A stretch of 64,000 nt of DNA from positions 318,386 to 382,385 of the forward strand of contig CAVQVN010000009.1 of NCBI GenBank assembly GCA_963717135.1. The letters run 5' to 3'. The position numbers and the translations under genes are program-made. The DNA comes from an uncultured Actinomycetota bacterium (lineage in GTDB: Bacteria; Actinomycetota; Acidimicrobiia; Spongiisociales; UBA4744). Shown piece after piece: positions 10,063 through 19,182 of the stretch. Every line of letters starts with the position of its first letter. Position 1 is the first letter of the stretch. Below the pieces are notes generated by a model. It did no database searches. It saw only the letters and a list, made by a program, of their open reading frames with translations, and was not told the DNA's origin.

Positions 10063-10166
10063 TGCGGCCGCCGGGTTTCCCGCAGACGCGGCCAGGGCCG
10101 CCTGATGTGCTGGAGACGCTCGGTGTAGGCCTTGTGGAACCGCTGTGATCCATCGAGCCCGATCAT
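10059..10166 (-). CDS. Small 35-aa basic protein coupled to the ArsR gene
   Basis: RBS AGAGGAG 7 nt before ATG; MIGLDGSQRFHKAYTERLQHIRRPWPRLRETRRPH; its TGA overlaps the regulator's TTG start (TTGA). Confidence 0.6.
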   Translation of the reverse strand: MIGLDGSQRFHKAYTERLQHIRRPWPRLRETRRPH

Positions 10167-10188
10167 CGATCCACTCCTCTTCTCGTCC

Positions 10189-10243
10189 ACATTCAAACTC
10201 ACTATATGTTCAAACTCATTGAATGTCAAGAAAAATTGAATGT
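10189..10243 (-). promoter_or_regulatory. Near-consensus sigma70 promoter with palindromic operator
   Basis: Minus strand TTGACA (10229-10224), 17-nt spacer, TATAGT (10206-10201). TTCAA-N5-TTGAA palindrome at 10209-10223; extra half-sites ACATTCAA (10189) and TTGAATGT (10219, 10236). Confidence 0.75.
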
Positions 10244-10345
10244 TATCCCCGAGCGGTCCCCCAATGTCGAACCGGGCAGGCACCGACTGCTAATTTCGGC
10301 TCGACCGAATCTGCAAGGTTCCACTCCAGCCCAGGAGGTATCCAG

Positions 10346-11326
10346 GTGACCATCCGTCCGACCGTCGTGTATCTGACCGAGGATGAGGTACGGCAGTCGA
10401 TAACGATGCCGGAGGCTATCGCCCTGGCCGAGCGGGGTATCGAGGCTGATGGGGCCGGTACCGTGAGCGGCGACAAGTTCTACATGCCGGTCGGCGATCA
10501 CGGCTTCATCAAACCCTTCTCCGGGTATCTGGCCGGCGAGGGCCTGGCCTACGTGAAAACCTTCAGCTTCTTCGAAGGCAACACCGACCGGGGTCTCCCG
10601 GTCACCGACTCGGTAGTGCTCCTCTTCGAGGAGGAAACCGGCTTGCCGGTGGCGGTCATGGAGGCGAACTGGATCACGGGTCTCAAGACGGGCGCTTCGA
10701 CCGCCGCCACCGCCCGCCGGCTGGCCCGACCCGACGCCCGGGTCGCCACGATCTTCGGAGCCGGCGGGTTGGGTCGCCACCATGCGGAAGCCCTCGATCA
10801 GATCTTTGCGCTCGAGGAGATCCGGGTCGTGGACAAGGTGCCCGAAACGGCTCGCCGTTTCGAGGTTGATATGACCCAGGTTCTGCAAGCACCGGTACGG
10901 GTGGTCGATGACGCCCGGACGGCCGTGCGGGGGGCCGACATTGTGGTGACGGTCACCACCGGAAGCGCCGTGAATGTCGAGCCGGATTGGGTGAAACCGG
11001 GGGCCTTCATTGCTCGCCTCGGTTCCTATCAGGAGGTCGCCCACGAACTGTTCGAGAAGGTCGACCGCCTCATCGTGGATCGATGGCAGTACGTGAGCGC
11101 CCGGATTCCGGAAATGATCCGCCTGATCGCCGACGGTCGACTGAACGAGTCCGACGTGGTCGAGTGGCCGGACATCGTGGCAGGGAGAACCCCCGGACGC
11201 CGGTCGGACGAGGAGGTCATCCTCTACGTGGCATTGGGAATCTGGGGCGAGTACGCGGCGATCCTACCGGCGGCCTACCGAAGGGCCCGGGCCCTTGGCC
11301 TGGGAACGGTGATTGCCGGTGGATAG
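10346..11326 (+). CDS. Ornithine cyclodeaminase / mu-crystallin family protein
   Basis: RBS GGAGG before GTG 10346; EETGLPVAVMEANWITGLKTGA, IFGAGGLG, ADIVVTVT. Confidence 0.88.
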   Translation: MTIRPTVVYLTEDEVRQSITMPEAIALAERGIEADGAGTVSGDKFYMPVGDHGFIKPFSGYLAGEGLAYVKTFSFFEGNTDRGLPVTDSVVLLFEEETGLPVAVMEANWITGLKTGASTAATARRLARPDARVATIFGAGGLGRHHAEALDQIFALEEIRVVDKVPETARRFEVDMTQVLQAPVRVVDDARTAVRGADIVVTVTTGSAVNVEPDWVKPGAFIARLGSYQEVAHELFEKVDRLIVDRWQYVSARIPEMIRLIADGRLNESDVVEWPDIVAGRTPGRRSDEEVILYVALGIWGEYAAILPAAYRRARALGLGTVIAGG

Positions 11327-11410
11327 CGCATTGATCGAAACGAGTTGATCGTCGTTTGAATCGGCGGGCCCGAGTTCTCCGATGGCCGGGGCGGCTGGGT
11401 CGAGTGACTG

Positions 11411-11581
11411 CTACGGCATCCGCCAGGCGTCGGGTCCGCCGGCCGCTACCCACGGCACGATCTTGACCAACAACCAGACGGTGGCCAGCCAAATGCTCGT
11501 TCCTCGGAAGGCTGATCTGGTTCCGTCCACTTCCGGCTCCTTCGATGTGGGGACCGCTACCCGGTCGAGGTGATGGCTCAT
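11411..11581 (-). CDS. Putative small 56-aa membrane protein
   Basis: GAAAGG just upstream of ATG; MSHHLDRVAVPTSKEPEVDGTRSAFRGTSIWLATVWLLVKIVPWVAAGGPDAWRMP; sits in an otherwise empty gap. Confidence 0.45.
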   Translation of the reverse strand: MSHHLDRVAVPTSKEPEVDGTRSAFRGTSIWLATVWLLVKIVPWVAAGGPDAWRMP

Positions 11582-11754
11582 GGCCTTTCAATGATGAATA
11601 TCGGTCATCTGAGGAGGCCGGCGCGGGAGGCTTTCGCATTCACCACGACGGACTAGTCAGCGGTGGGCGGTATCACCGAGCGACGACGACTCGGACACAG
11701 GATCCAAGAGAAACCAAATAGACAAGCGAGATATGGGCCGGGCCCATTGAAGGT

Positions 11755-13116
11755 TCAAGGTGATCGGGCCTGCTTCACATATCGATGCCCGAGCGGGCTG
11801 GTCCACTCGAGGTCACCGTCGCCATTCCGGCAGTAGGTCCATCCTGCTCGGTGACGGAGGACATGATCGTGCCGGCACCCGGGAGCGAGTTCGGCAACGG
11901 ACGTTCGGCCACTCTCTACCCACGGCGTGATGTGGTCCAGGTCGCACTGCGTGGCCGGAACCCGGCAACCCGGAAACACACAGGTTGGATACATCGTCTC
12001 GACCAGGCGTCGTTGCCCGGACGTGGGACGACGCCGCGTGAATCCGACGTGCAAGGGGCGGCCCTCGGAGTCGGTCAACACGAAGCGCCACTCGGCATGT
12101 TGAGACGTTTCCGCGACTTGGCGCGCGACGTCGGCAATGACCGGCCCATAGCCGCCGAGATCGCCGGAGGAGTCGGTCAGTCCGGCCAGGGTGGCGAGAT
12201 CGACGGTCATCACGAGCGCACCCCGACCCGACCCGAAACGCTGCCCTGATTCAGGATCGAGAAGGTCGAGGGCAACATCGGCTCTCAGCTGATCCATCGT
12301 CCGTGTCTCCTTCTTCGTTCTCAACCGGCGAGCGGCAGCATCGATTCGTTGGCGAATACGGGCGGCACGATCCGGTGGTAGATCCAACATGAGGAGATGG
12401 GCGGTACCGTCGATTCCGGACTCGAGTACGACCCGGCGTCCCTCCACCGCGGTCTCGTAACGATGTTTGGAATCCTCGGGATCAGCCTCGATGCCCAGTT
12501 TTCGCAGCAACGCCCTCAGCTGTCCGGTGGTGAGTTCGGGGGCTCTCTCCAACGCCCGGCAAGCCACTTCCCGTGCCTGGGCAGTCGGAAGATGATCGGT
12601 GCGATGAAGGATCAGGTTGGCTCGCCGCCTGTCGAGGCGGCCCGAGACGAACTCCTGCCAGACGGCCGGGAGACGAGTCTGGAAATTCCTGGCGAGGGAC
12701 AGTTCATTGTCGGCGGCCCGCCGGGTGAGCCGAAGAGCGGCCCGAATCTCGGCGGAGCAGGCATCTTCCACAAGCTCAAAGTCAGTCTCGCCGTGCTTGT
12801 GCAGTTCCTCGGCAACGGCGTCGGCAACCGACGCCATCGAGGCATACACCTGGGCCTGGTAGTGGGACGCCATACGCTGGTGGGCGGCCATGACGGTCAC
12901 CCGATCGTGACCACTGAGGGCGTCTATGTTGATCTTCGCAAGCACGGCGGCCAGTGCGATCCCCGGCTCCAGGGCGGCCAGATCGGGCGGTATCGACGCT
13001 TCCCGTGGAGCGGAGCGTTCTGTCTCCTCGATTGCCCGCACCAGTTCGGCATCGCCCCTATCGGCTTCGTCGAGCCACATCTGGATCAAAGCCTCTCTTG
13101 TCAGAGTATCGAACAT
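11755..13116 (-). CDS. DUF222 / HNH endonuclease (13E12-repeat-like family)
   Basis: RTMDQLRADV, GYGPV, C-terminal CVFPGCRVPATQCDLDHITPW..LAPGCRHDHVLRH, WTSPLGHRY. Start reassigned to ATG 13116. Confidence 0.9.
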   Translation of the reverse strand: MFDTLTREALIQMWLDEADRGDAELVRAIEETERSAPREASIPPDLAALEPGIALAAVLAKINIDALSGHDRVTVMAAHQRMASHYQAQVYASMASVADAVAEELHKHGETDFELVEDACSAEIRAALRLTRRAADNELSLARNFQTRLPAVWQEFVSGRLDRRRANLILHRTDHLPTAQAREVACRALERAPELTTGQLRALLRKLGIEADPEDSKHRYETAVEGRRVVLESGIDGTAHLLMLDLPPDRAARIRQRIDAAARRLRTKKETRTMDQLRADVALDLLDPESGQRFGSGRGALVMTVDLATLAGLTDSSGDLGGYGPVIADVARQVAETSQHAEWRFVLTDSEGRPLHVGFTRRRPTSGQRRLVETMYPTCVFPGCRVPATQCDLDHITPWVESGRTSVAELAPGCRHDHVLRHRAGWTYCRNGDGDLEWTSPLGHRYVKQARSP

Positions 13117-13124
13117 ATGTTCGA
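13109..13124. promoter_or_regulatory. LexA (SOS) box
   Basis: Perfect palindrome TCGAACATATGTTCGA matching actinobacterial TCGAAC-N4-GTTCGA; overlaps the ATG of the HNH gene. Confidence 0.88.
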
Positions 13125-13145
13125 CAATACCTTCCAGCCCTGACA
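13124..13145 (-). promoter_or_regulatory. PafBC-type (RecA-NDp) DNA-damage promoter
   Basis: Minus strand TGTCAG-N10-TATTGT fits TGTCRG-N10-TAnnnT; the -10 ends 7 nt before the ATG, implying a leaderless transcript. Confidence 0.72.
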
Positions 13146-13683
13146 GAAAACACCCCCTTGTGCTCCATCCGGCGAAAGAGATCCCCCTGCGGCACAGGCC
13201 ATCCCACCGACTCAGATAAGGGAGGAGAACAACCTCTATCCACACGCGGCGCCGGCAGATCATCAGCCGCATGCAAACCGCCGAGATCGAACATTGGAGC
13301 ACGCTATCCGGGCATCGGTTTCATGACCGCTCTGCGGTTCACGATTGGGCCAATGACCGAGTCGACTTGATCTAGGGCCGAACGGCTCTATTCCTTAGGG
13401 TCGTTCCGATCCGGAATGCGTCAATCGGTTCGAAGGATCGAGGAGGGCCGCTCCAGAAGCAGGCGCACGGAGAACCACCCGTCCCGCCCCGAGAAGCCCT
13501 TGCGGATTGGCTCTTCGGGAATCGATCATGATTCCGAGATTCATAAGTCACCGGGTCCCAGCCGGATCTCCCACCGAAAGGGCCCTCTTCGTCGCTGCCA
13601 CCAGCCCAGCCGGGCGCCGAGTTGTCGACTGGCTGTCGAAGCCTCGCCTACCCAGTATCCGGTTGCTCGAGAGGGAGGACCTT

Positions 13684-14241
13684 TTGAAACGACTGACTCT
13701 GATGATCTTGGTATTGGGACTCGTGGCTGCTGCTTGTGGCGGCACGGCCGGAGTCGAAGTGGCGGATTCCCCGGCGACTAGGGCTTCCTCGACGACCACC
13801 ACGACCGAGGCAGCCACTACTACGACTACTGAAGCGACCACTACCACGACCGAGGCGACGACTACTACCGCCGCCGCCGAAGAAGGCATCGTGGCGGGGC
13901 AAGATCCCGATGTCGACGCCATCGTTCTCGCCTACACCATCGCTCTTGACAGCGTCTCTCCATTCGAGGACAAGGCGCCGTATATCGATGACCCCACGGG
14001 GCTGGAAGAAACGGTCGCCAAATACTTGGAGACCGGCGAATCGATGGGCGGAATCGGCGTCTGGCCGACGGCCGTGACCATCGACGGGGACACGGCGGTG
14101 GTCACCTACGACCTGCTTTTCGGCGGCAATCCAACCTATCCGGATCTCACCGGTCCGGCGGTCAAGACGGCCGAAGGATGGAAGATCACCAGAGCGGGGT
14201 TCTGCTCGCTGATGGGCTCCGCCCGGGTCGGTTGCCCGTAG
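13684..14241 (+). CDS. Lipoprotein with Thr-rich linker and small C-terminal disulfide domain
   Basis: RBS GGGAGGA before TTG; lipobox VAAAC; TTTTTEA repeats; WKITRAGFCSL..VGCP. Confidence 0.8.
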   Translation: MKRLTLMILVLGLVAAACGGTAGVEVADSPATRASSTTTTTEAATTTTTEATTTTTEATTTTAAAEEGIVAGQDPDVDAIVLAYTIALDSVSPFEDKAPYIDDPTGLEETVAKYLETGESMGGIGVWPTAVTIDGDTAVVTYDLLFGGNPTYPDLTGPAVKTAEGWKITRAGFCSLMGSARVGCP

Positions 14242-14258
14242 CAAGGGAGGGGTCGGCA

Positions 14259-15257
14259 ATGCGCGTCAGACTGGGCATCGTGCTGGTTTCGGCCTTGTTG
14301 TGCGGCGCCTGCGCAGCTGAGACCGCCGCCACCACAACCGTTTCCAACACAGTCACCGAACCACCAACCACTACCTCGGATCCGGCGACTTCGACCACTC
14401 GACCAGAAGTGCCTCCCGGCGCCACATACACCGGGGCGGATGGAGTCGAATCCACGATTGCCGACACCAGTCGCATCGTGACCTTGAGCGGAGACCTAAC
14501 CGAAGCAGTATGGAAACTCGGTTTCGGCGACTTCGTAGTGGCCACCGATGTCACCACCGTCTACCCGCCGGAAGCGATCGGACTGCCCGTAGTGGGAGTC
14601 GGGCGATTCCTCTCTGCCGAAGGGGTCCTGGCCCGGGAACCCACGCTGGTCATCGGCGACACGCAGACCTCACCACCCGAAGCAATCGAGCAGATTCGCA
14701 GTGCCGGCGTTCCGGTTGTGATCTTCGACGTACCGACCACTTTCGAGGGGCTGTACGAGAAGTTGGACGGCTTGGCTGAAGCCCTCGGCGTACCCGAGCG
14801 AGGAGCAACTCTGGTGGAGGAAGTCCGGGCGGCGATCGGAGATGCATTGAGCAACGCCCCGGCCTTTGACCCTGAGCCCGGTATCGCCTTTGTCTACAGC
14901 CGCGGTCCGGATGTGATGCTGCTGTTTGGATCGGAGATGACTACCCAGCCCCTGATCGAAGCCGCCGGCGGGATCGATGTGGGAGCCGCCAGCGGGGTGA
15001 TCGGCACTGTTTCGGTGACTCCGGAAGCGCTGGTTGCCGCGGCGCCCGACGTCATCATCATTACCAGTGAGGGGTTGCAGGCACTCGGCGGGATCGAAGG
15101 GGTCCTGGATATCCCCGGATTCGCCGAGACTCCGGCAGGTCGGGATCGCCGGATCCTCGACTACCCGGAGGGAGACTTCCTGACGTTCGGGCCTCGCATC
15201 GCCGAATCCCTGGCCTTGCTCATCGCCGACCTCCAGTCCTTGCTCGGCGATTCGTGA
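14259..15257 (+). CDS. Heme/cobalamin-type ABC transporter substrate-binding lipoprotein (HmuT-like)
   Basis: Lipobox CGAC; SRIVTLSGDLTEAV, LSAEGVLA, TPEALVAAAPDVII, FGPR. Confidence 0.88.
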   Translation: MRVRLGIVLVSALLCGACAAETAATTTVSNTVTEPPTTTSDPATSTTRPEVPPGATYTGADGVESTIADTSRIVTLSGDLTEAVWKLGFGDFVVATDVTTVYPPEAIGLPVVGVGRFLSAEGVLAREPTLVIGDTQTSPPEAIEQIRSAGVPVVIFDVPTTFEGLYEKLDGLAEALGVPERGATLVEEVRAAIGDALSNAPAFDPEPGIAFVYSRGPDVMLLFGSEMTTQPLIEAAGGIDVGAASGVIGTVSVTPEALVAAAPDVIIITSEGLQALGGIEGVLDIPGFAETPAGRDRRILDYPEGDFLTFGPRIAESLALLIADLQSLLGDS

Positions 15258-16291
15258 CCCGGCCGGCCGCCGCCCCCGGCTTCCAATCGAGGCGCCTCCC
15301 GGCGGTGGCGGCTCTCGGAATCGGCCTGCTGGCGTTGGCGATTCTCGGGCTGTTGAGCGGAGCAGTGGCGGTGAGCCCGGCCGATCTGTTCCACATGCTG
15401 GGCCGGCGGCTCGGTCTAACCGAAGACCCACAGCGACTCACCGATTCTGTTCTATGGGCCATCAGGTTGCCCCGCGTTCTGGCCGGTGCCGTGGTGGGGG
15501 GTGGTCTAGGAGTGGCCGGAGCCGCTCTCCAGGGAACCTTCCGCAATCAGATGGCCGATCCCCACCTGGTGGGGATTTCCCCGGCCGCCGGACTCGGGGC
15601 GATCGCCGGGATCGCATTGACTCCCATCGGGGGGCCCCCCTTTCTCATGATGGCGGGGGCGGCAGTCGGTGGCGCCGCGGTCGCCTTGCTGATGCGCCGA
15701 ATCGCTCGACGGGTCATCGAATCGAACCAATTCATCCTGATCGGGCTGGCGCTCGGATTGGCGATGCTCGCCTGGTTGGGAGCCATTGTTCTGGCCTGGG
15801 ACAGCCCCCGCGTCCCGACCTTCACCTTCTGGGTCTTTGGAGGATTGGCCGGATCGACCTGGTCGACGTTGGGGGCCGGAACGCCCATCGTGCTTTTCGG
15901 GAGTGTGATCGTCGCTGCCTCGGCCCGTTCTCTGGATCTTCTTGCGCTGGGCGAAACCGAAGCCCGTCACCTCGGCGTCGACGTGGACCGGGTGATCGCC
16001 GTGATCCTGATCGGAGTCGGATTGGCCGTCGGAGGTGCCGTGGGACTCGGGGGAGCAATCGGTTTCGTCGGACTGATTGTCCCCCTCATCCTACGAAAAT
16101 GGATCGGTCCAACCCACCGCTGGTTGATCCCTTCCTCCGCCCTGGCCGGCGCCGCCATGGTGGTGGCAATCGACATCGTGGCCAGAACGGTTGCCGCCCC
16201 GGTAGAGATTCCGGTCGGGCTGTTGACCGCCATCCTGGGGGCACCGGTGTTTGTCTGGTTTCTGATGCGAGTCGGGCGGTCGGCCTCATGA
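15254..16291 (+). CDS. FecCD/HmuU-type ABC permease
   Basis: IRLPRVL, QGTFRNQMADPHLVGIS, LGETEARHLGVD, IGFVGLIVP, EIPVGLLTA. Confidence 0.92.
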   Translation: MTRPAAAPGFQSRRLPAVAALGIGLLALAILGLLSGAVAVSPADLFHMLGRRLGLTEDPQRLTDSVLWAIRLPRVLAGAVVGGGLGVAGAALQGTFRNQMADPHLVGISPAAGLGAIAGIALTPIGGPPFLMMAGAAVGGAAVALLMRRIARRVIESNQFILIGLALGLAMLAWLGAIVLAWDSPRVPTFTFWVFGGLAGSTWSTLGAGTPIVLFGSVIVAASARSLDLLALGETEARHLGVDVDRVIAVILIGVGLAVGGAVGLGGAIGFVGLIVPLILRKWIGPTHRWLIPSSALAGAAMVVAIDIVARTVAAPVEIPVGLLTAILGAPVFVWFLMRVGRSAS

Positions 16292-17079
16292 AACCGGCGG
16301 TGCGGGCAGAAGGAATCACCTATCGCCGGGGGGCAACAGCGCTCGTCGATCAGATCGAACTCACCACAGGCCCCGGTGAGATACTCGGCGTCGTCGGGCC
16401 CAACGGCGCCGGTAAGACCACCCTGCTCAGAATCCTGGCAGGTGACCTGGTTCCGACAGCCGGACATGCCTGGGTCAATGAGGTCGACCCTTCACGGACC
16501 CCCCTGCAGCGCCTCGCCCGATTGCGAGCGTACCTCGGCCCGGAAGGCGTCTCGCCGAACCCCTTCACCGTGAGAGACGTCGTCACCATGGGTCGGCATC
16601 CACATCGCCGGGCGACGATCGAACCGGCCGAGCACGAGGCGATCGTCGAGGCGGCGATGGAAAAGACCGACGTGATCCATCTCGCCGAGCGGGCCATGAA
16701 CAGCCTCTCAACCGGTGAACAACAGCGAGTTGGATTGGCGAGGATAGTCGCCCAGGAAACTCCCGTTCTGCTGCTGGACGAGCCGACCTCAGCGCTCGAC
16801 ATCGGCCACCAGGAGAAAGTGATGCAGATGCTTAGATCGCTCGCCGGAGAGGGAACGGCCGTAGTCGCAATCCTGCACGACCTCAACCTGGCGGCCGCCC
16901 ATACCGACCACATCATACTGCTCGACGCGGGTCGGACGGTCGCCCTGGGGAGCCCATCCGAGGTGCTGACCAATGCGAGCCTGTCCTCTGTCTACCGGCA
17001 ACCCATGCAGGTCGTCGCCCATCCACACCGAGACTGTCCGCTGGTGCTCACGATCGACCACGCCGCTGAGTCCCCCTGA
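16288..17079 (+). CDS. HmuV/FecE-type ABC ATP-binding protein
   Basis: ATGA overlap with the permease; GPNGAGKTT, LSTGEQQRV, LLLDEPTSALD, ILHDLNLAA. Confidence 0.92.
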   Translation: MKPAVRAEGITYRRGATALVDQIELTTGPGEILGVVGPNGAGKTTLLRILAGDLVPTAGHAWVNEVDPSRTPLQRLARLRAYLGPEGVSPNPFTVRDVVTMGRHPHRRATIEPAEHEAIVEAAMEKTDVIHLAERAMNSLSTGEQQRVGLARIVAQETPVLLLDEPTSALDIGHQEKVMQMLRSLAGEGTAVVAILHDLNLAAAHTDHIILLDAGRTVALGSPSEVLTNASLSSVYRQPMQVVAHPHRDCPLVLTIDHAAESP

Positions 17080-17192
17080 GCCGATTACCGCCCAGTCTGC
17101 CGGTTAGGGCCATCGAGGCCGTTATCAGCGACTTCCGGCCCCTGCGGGGTCCGTACTGGAGGAGTACTGTCGACAGGAGAAGGAGCTGTTTC

Positions 17193-17636
17193 ATGCTTGC
17201 CGATACACAGTCGCCCGCGACCAAATCGCCACCCACCGGTAAACGGTTCGGCTACGTCCTGGCTGCCCTGATCAACGTCGCCCTGGTGTACGTGGTTCAC
17301 AATCTGTTGGCCTGGGATGTGGCGCCCTTCCTGACCGCCGATTTCGATCGGGTGCTTCCGATTATCACCGTCTCGTTGATCGCCACCGCCGTTTTCAACT
17401 TGATCTACGTCTTCTACGACCCCCGCTGGTTCAGATCACTCAGCCAGATCGGCTTGCTGGGAATCAGCATCGCCGCCACCGCCAGGATGTATCAGGTCTT
17501 CCCCTTTGACTTCTCGGCCTACGATTTCGACTGGGCGACCCTAACCCGGGTGGTCATGATCATCGCCATCGTCGGAGCCGCCGTCGGAATCATCACCGAA
17601 TTCGTAAAGCTCGCCAAAGCGGTCGGCGGCGACTGA
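17193..17636 (+). CDS. Hypothetical 4-TM membrane protein
   Basis: RBS AAGGAG; four hydrophobic segments; VFPFDFS motif. Confidence 0.8.
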   Translation: MLADTQSPATKSPPTGKRFGYVLAALINVALVYVVHNLLAWDVAPFLTADFDRVLPIITVSLIATAVFNLIYVFYDPRWFRSLSQIGLLGISIAATARMYQVFPFDFSAYDFDWATLTRVVMIIAIVGAAVGIITEFVKLAKAVGGD

Positions 17637-17732
17637 GAAGCGAACCTCAATCCGCTGCCTCATCGGTCGAGTGAGGGTCCCGCCCCAGCGCAAGCCGGAA
17701 GGAGCCATTCCCTGGTGGGTAGCCTGGAACGA

Positions 17733-18596
17733 ATGACCCAACAGATCCGGGCCGCGGCCCCGACCATTTGTGTGGTGGGGAGCGTCAACCTCGATATCGT
17801 GGCGGCTTGCCCGCGACTGCCCACTCCCGGCGAAACCGTGACCGACGCCACTTTGAGCCGATACCCCGGTGGCAAGGGAGCCAATCAGGCCCTGGCCGCC
17901 CGCCGACAGGGAGCCGAAGTCACGTTGATCGCCGCCGTCGGAAACGACGCGCCGGCCGGCGAGGCGTTGTCAATGCTGAGGGAAGGCGGGGTCGACCTCT
18001 CCCGTCTGCTCACTATCGATAACCAGCCGACCGGAGTCGCGCTGATCGTTGTGGACCACCAGGGAGAGAACCAGATCGCAGTGGCTCCGGGCGCCAACCG
18101 TCATCTCCATTCCCGCCACGTCGATACGGAAGGGTTCGATGCCGTGCTCTGCCAGCTCGAGATCAGCGAAGATGCAATCATCGCCGCCGCCCGGGGAGCC
18201 ACCGGGCTGTTTTGTATCAACGCTGCTCCGGCCCGTCCGGTACCGGAGTCGATCCTCGACCGAGCCGATCTGATCATCGTCAATGAGGTAGAACACGAGG
18301 CGCTGAACGATCAGCTGACTCGCTTCGAGGGCCTGCTGGTGGTTACCCGAGGAGCCCGGGGCGCCGACGCCTTCCGACGCGGGAATCTGATTGCCACGGC
18401 CCAATCTCCTGCAATCGACGCCGTCGATACCGTCGGGGCGGGCGATGCCTTTTGCGGAAGCCTCGTGGTCGACCTGGCCCGGGGCATCGACATCGCTGTG
18501 GCTTTGCAGCAGGCTTGCCGGGCGGGAGCCGTCGCCGCCACCCGGGTGGGCGCTCAACCCTCGCTGCCGACCCACGAGGACCTCGAGTCCGGATAG
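17733..18596 (+). CDS. rbsK: Ribokinase (PfkB family)
   Basis: VVGSVNLD, PGGKGANQALAA, ENQIAVAPGAN, DTVGAGDAFCG. Confidence 0.88.
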   Translation: MTQQIRAAAPTICVVGSVNLDIVAACPRLPTPGETVTDATLSRYPGGKGANQALAARRQGAEVTLIAAVGNDAPAGEALSMLREGGVDLSRLLTIDNQPTGVALIVVDHQGENQIAVAPGANRHLHSRHVDTEGFDAVLCQLEISEDAIIAAARGATGLFCINAAPARPVPESILDRADLIIVNEVEHEALNDQLTRFEGLLVVTRGARGADAFRRGNLIATAQSPAIDAVDTVGAGDAFCGSLVVDLARGIDIAVALQQACRAGAVAATRVGAQPSLPTHEDLESG

Positions 18597-18605
18597 CCAA
18601 GACGT

Positions 18606-18640
18606 GCTCGCAGCTCGCAGCTAGCAGCTGGTAGCTCGTT
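18606..18640. repeat. Degenerate heptanucleotide tandem repeat (GCTCGCA)x5
   Basis: GCTCGCA GCTCGCA GCTAGCA GCTGGTA GCTCGTT in the intergenic gap. Confidence 0.6.
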
Positions 18641-18651
18641 ACTCTGGCCCC

Positions 18652-19182
18652 ATGATCGCCCCCAACCCTCCCCTGCAAGGCAGCGAACTCGACTCCCTAA
18701 CGGCCTTCCTCGATTACTACCGGGCGGTGGTCGTCGACAAGGCATCCGGTCTGGCCGGCACGGATCTCAACCGGCGGCTCGGACCGTCGACACTGACCCT
18801 GGGGGGTATCGTCCATCACCTGGCGCTGGTCGAGCACTGGTGGTTCCACGAGTGCTTCGCCGGTCATGAGGCCGACCACCCCTGGAAGGACGTGTCGTGG
18901 GACGATGACCCGGATTGGGACTTCAACATCGCCGTCGATCTCGACCCACAGGTCATCTTCGACCGGTACGAGCGGCAGTGTGCCCGCAGCCGGGAAGTGG
19001 TGGCCAGGGCGGATGGGCTGGACCAGTTGTCGGTCCGCGAGGGTCGGAACGACCAATCCTGGTCGCTGCGGTGGATCCTCATCCACATGATTGAAGAAAC
19101 CGCCCGCCACGCCGGTCATATGGATCTGATTCGCGAATCGATCGACGGCGCCACCGGCGACTTCCGCGCCGAGCCCCGCTAG
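18652..19182 (+). CDS. DinB/DUF664 family protein
   Basis: TLGGIVHHLALVEHWWF, SLRWILIHMIEETARHAGHMDLIRESIDG. Confidence 0.92.
   Translation: MIAPNPPLQGSELDSLTAFLDYYRAVVVDKASGLAGTDLNRRLGPSTLTLGGIVHHLALVEHWWFHECFAGHEADHPWKDVSWDDDPDWDFNIAVDLDPQVIFDRYERQCARSREVVARADGLDQLSVREGRNDQSWSLRWILIHMIEETARHAGHMDLIRESIDGATGDFRAEPR

Noticed and set aside
13380-13683. Cobalamin riboswitch or DtxR/IdeR box upstream of the ABC importer
   Set aside because: No recognisable B12-box elements or 19-bp TWAGGTWAG-type palindrome; only a short GGAATC/GATTCC inverted repeat.
15454-16287. Long N-terminal extension on the ABC ATPase ORF (541 aa)
   Set aside because: It overlaps the permease out of frame; the ATGA overlap supports a start at 16288.
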